NCBI GenBank assembly: GCA_038143065.1
Contig: JAYQLI010000021.1
Span: 1 to 47,559, forward strand
Source: Rhodospirillales bacterium
GTDB lineage: Bacteria > Pseudomonadota > Alphaproteobacteria > Bin95
Direction of reading: 5' to 3'
Length of the DNA stretch: 47,559 nucleotides
In this document: piece after piece, positions 45,207-47,559 of the stretch
Position numbering within the stretch: position 1 is the stretch's first letter
Layout: every line of letters starts with the position of its first letter
The notes under the pieces: model-generated
Seen by the model: the letters and a program-made list of their open reading frames with translations, nothing else
Told to the model about the DNA's origin: nothing
Database searches by the model: none
Position numbers and translations under genes: made by a program

Positions 45207-46455
45207 TTATCGGGGCGTCGGAGCCCCCATTGTCTTTATCTCCGAGATTGCAAAATCATTGCGAATAGCAGTGCGACACCGAGACTTGCCATCAGCCAGC
45301 TTTGCCAAAGCGAATAGGCAAACATTAAAAACCCGAGCGTCGCGCCAAGCGCCGCGAATTGAAACGGTTTTGTTCCCCCGACGAAAAAGACGGGTTAACG
45401 CCAAAGACCGAACAAAAACAAAAGCGTGCCGAGATAGCCGAACTCAAAAATGATCTGCAGCGGTTGGGCATGAGGAAATTGAGCCCTTTTCTTCATCCCC
45501 ATAGTTAACCAAAACCTGACCATTTTAGCGCCAAATAATGGTTTGTGTCGGATGGCGTGAAACAATGGCTGGCTTTTAAACCGTAGCCGAATACGGGGCG
45601 TTTTTAGGCCTCTTCTGATAGGTAAAATACTAAAGCCATTGGCGCAAACTTCCTGTGGCTTTTGTTTAATAATGAGGCGGTATAATTTCGACCCATTTGT
45701 TTTCAAAGCTCTCACAAACACGAAGGTGAAATCAACAAACCAAGAGAAAAAACCCGTCAGAACATTCGCAGCTTGTTTTTGCTCGATGAGCCGGCTAGCG
45801 CAAATAGAACAAGCCCGCACGGCAGTGTGCCAAGCAAAGAGGTCTGACCGTTTGAATTGGTGACAATGTAAAAGCGGCAATGAATAGAAAGATAAAAACA
45901 AACGCGATTTTTGCCAATAAAAGCCGCTGACCAAAAACAAGAATATCGGCATGAGCGACAAAAGAACGATTGCCTTGTCTCAAATTCAATATCGGAGCGT
46001 ATTTTGTTGACAGGTTTCCTCAAAATCGCCTGAGTTCAGGAAAAACTCTGCATAGAGCCAACGGTAATCGACAAAACAATGCCGATGACAACCGAAATGG
46101 ATAATCGGGTTCTGGAATAGGTCCTGTTCGTTTTCAGATGAAGAAGCTTGTAAATGCCAGCCAGAGGCTGACGGTAAAGACAAGAACCGAGACGAATATG
46201 CCAAAGGATTGAAAAACGCCGACCGAATCCGACCATAGCGTGCTTGCCATCGCAAATATGAAAAAAGGCGCAAAGGGCAAAAAGGCTTTCCAAACTGACG
46301 CTTTTAAACGCTCCGCTTGTAAAACGTGACCGATGACAGCCAAAGTTCCCGCAATGGCCAATAAGGGGCGAAACCTTTAATGCAACCCAATATCGCCCTG
46401 TCAAAAGCAGGAGATAAAGCCCCCCACGTGATAGTTTGTGAGATAAACCGTCCAT
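45207..46455 (-). CDS. O-antigen ligase (WaaL/Wzy_C)-family membrane protein, heavily frameshifted; 3' end approximate
   Basis: Hydrophobic pieces including 'FAMASTLWS', and 'FPHAQPLQIIFEFGYLGTLLF' matching the H..(L)Q...E.G..G motif. Confidence 0.6.
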
Positions 46456-46461
46456 GATTGT

Positions 46462-47299
46462 TTAAATTTCTTCCTATGCAGAATAACATTCATCCGCGTA
46501 TAGGTCTTAATGAGTAGCTGCGCTTTTTGTGTCCATGCGAGTAGGTCAGTGTCCCATTGCTCAAAATTATTTTCGATAATGATTAATTTGGGCAAACAGA
46601 TTACTCGGTGCTTCGTGTAAGAAAGAGCACCGCTTCTTCTCATAACCTTCAATATCGATTTTCAGCCCGTCAATGCGCGTCACATGCTTCTCGTTGAGCA
46701 GGCTGGAGCAAAGTCCTAACCGGCACATCCACTGTCTCCCATTTACGGTTTCTCCTCTTCCAAAAGCTGACTTCGCCGAAATTATTGTCGGGGGTCATCA
46801 ATGTCATGCTGCCGTTTTTGTCACTTAATCCCATAACCACAGGTTCAATCGGTAGCCCCGGATTGGCCGCCAGATTAGAAGCTAAGCGTCGCGACATGAC
46901 AGGATGGGGCTCGACCGAAATGATGCGGTGTTTTTATGGTTTTGAAAGTGGCGGCAGTCGAAAAACTAAAGACGATATTCGCGCCAATATCGATAAAAAC
47001 CGCATTGTCTTCGGCCAAGTCTTGAAGCGCCGTGCGCTCTTCCAAGTCAAAAAACTGCGGCGCGAATAAAGCGCGCTTTTCCGAGACATTGGTTTATACA
47101 GGCGTATTGGCGCCAAACAGCTCAATATCCGCGTGGCGCCATTTTTTTCACGCTCGGCGGCGCATGAAGAACATGAGCCTTTGCCAAGCCAATGGGTCGG
47201 GAGACGACGCATCTGGGTAATAGATTTTAAAATCTTGGCATTGGGCGCGAAGGTGCCGAAAAAGCGGATTGGTCATCAACGAGAAAATTCTTCTTCCAT
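46462..47299 (-). CDS. FkbM-family methyltransferase, heavily frameshifted; ends approximate
   Basis: 'EKRALFAPQFFD', 'VFIDIGANI', 'GLSDKNG', 'IDGLKIDIEG' and 'PKLIIIEN' across frames. Confidence 0.75.
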
Positions 47300-47300
47300 G

Positions 47301-47559
47301 TCAGAAACCCGCGTAGCATCGGTCGGAATTTTACTGTCTCGCGCTTTTTCAAGCGCTGCTTGCACCATTTCCGATACCAGTTCTTCCAGCCCGATTTTGG
47401 CTTCCCAACCGAGTTTTTTTCCTTGCCGGAACATCACCAATCAGATGATGCACTTCGGCGGGTCGGAAATAACGCGGGTCAATTTCAATCAGCACATCTC
47501 CGGTTGCGGCATCTTTGCCGATTTCGTCAACGCCCTGACCGGACCAGACGATCTCGCGG
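47301..47559 (-). CDS. gmd: C-terminus of a second GDP-mannose 4,6-dehydratase (runs off the window; not in the ORF track)
   Basis: Manual translation: '[63 protein letters not shown]'. Confidence 0.88.

Noticed and set aside
9975-47299. Wholesale pseudogenisation or programmed frameshifting of the glycan genes
   Set aside because: The breaks I traced are 1-bp indels, mostly in homopolymers, with catalytic motifs intact. They also hit flank genes, which is typical of long-read error.
1-47559. CRISPR array, tRNA, rRNA or IS transposase
   Set aside because: I saw no regularly spaced repeats, cloverleaf-like sequence, rRNA-like stretch or transposase motif. Intergenic gaps are short. This was by eye only.

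Overview
Bacterial chromosomal window, probably from an alphaproteobacterium (inferred from the LptD, HvrA-type H-NS and ELM1-family proteins). It contains many single-base indels at homopolymers, most likely long-read assembly errors, so many genes are split in the ORF track and are re-joined here. Left flank (1-4.5 kb): TerB-domain protein, MDR oxidoreductase, acyl-CoA carboxylase carboxyltransferase with a biotin carrier, and a MipA/OmpV protein. Next comes a minus-strand wzz-wecA-lptD unit, divergent from a ~32 kb plus-strand Wzx/Wzy-type O-antigen/surface polysaccharide cluster (9025-40957). The cluster opens with an EPS-associated MarR regulator and an RfaH-like antiterminator, behind a leader carrying a perfect 8-5-8 palindrome, a hairpin and an ops-like GCGGTAGC. 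It continues with gmd, fcl, ugd, manC, wzx, three methyltransferases, CapA-like and AsnB-like proteins, rmlB/rmlA, an SDR lacking the catalytic Tyr, a DegT aminotransferase, several glycosyltransferases, wzy, an N-acetyl-sugar amidotransferase with HisH/HisF paralogs, a bi-domain oxidoreductase, a heparinase II/III-like protein, and wecB/wecC. The cluster ends at an intrinsic terminator embedded in an unannotated Cre-like tyrosine recombinase remnant, followed by hns. A converging minus-strand LPS-related cluster follows: second gmd, FkbM methyltransferase, O-antigen ligase-like protein, P-loop protein, a nucleotidyltransferase-like/NDK-like fusion and an ELM1-family protein. No rRNA, tRNA or CRISPR array was seen. 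The best novelty candidates are the MarR/RfaH/ops leader with the adjacent H-NS, the P-loop/NTase-NDK/ELM1 module, and several unexplained sugar-tailoring modules.
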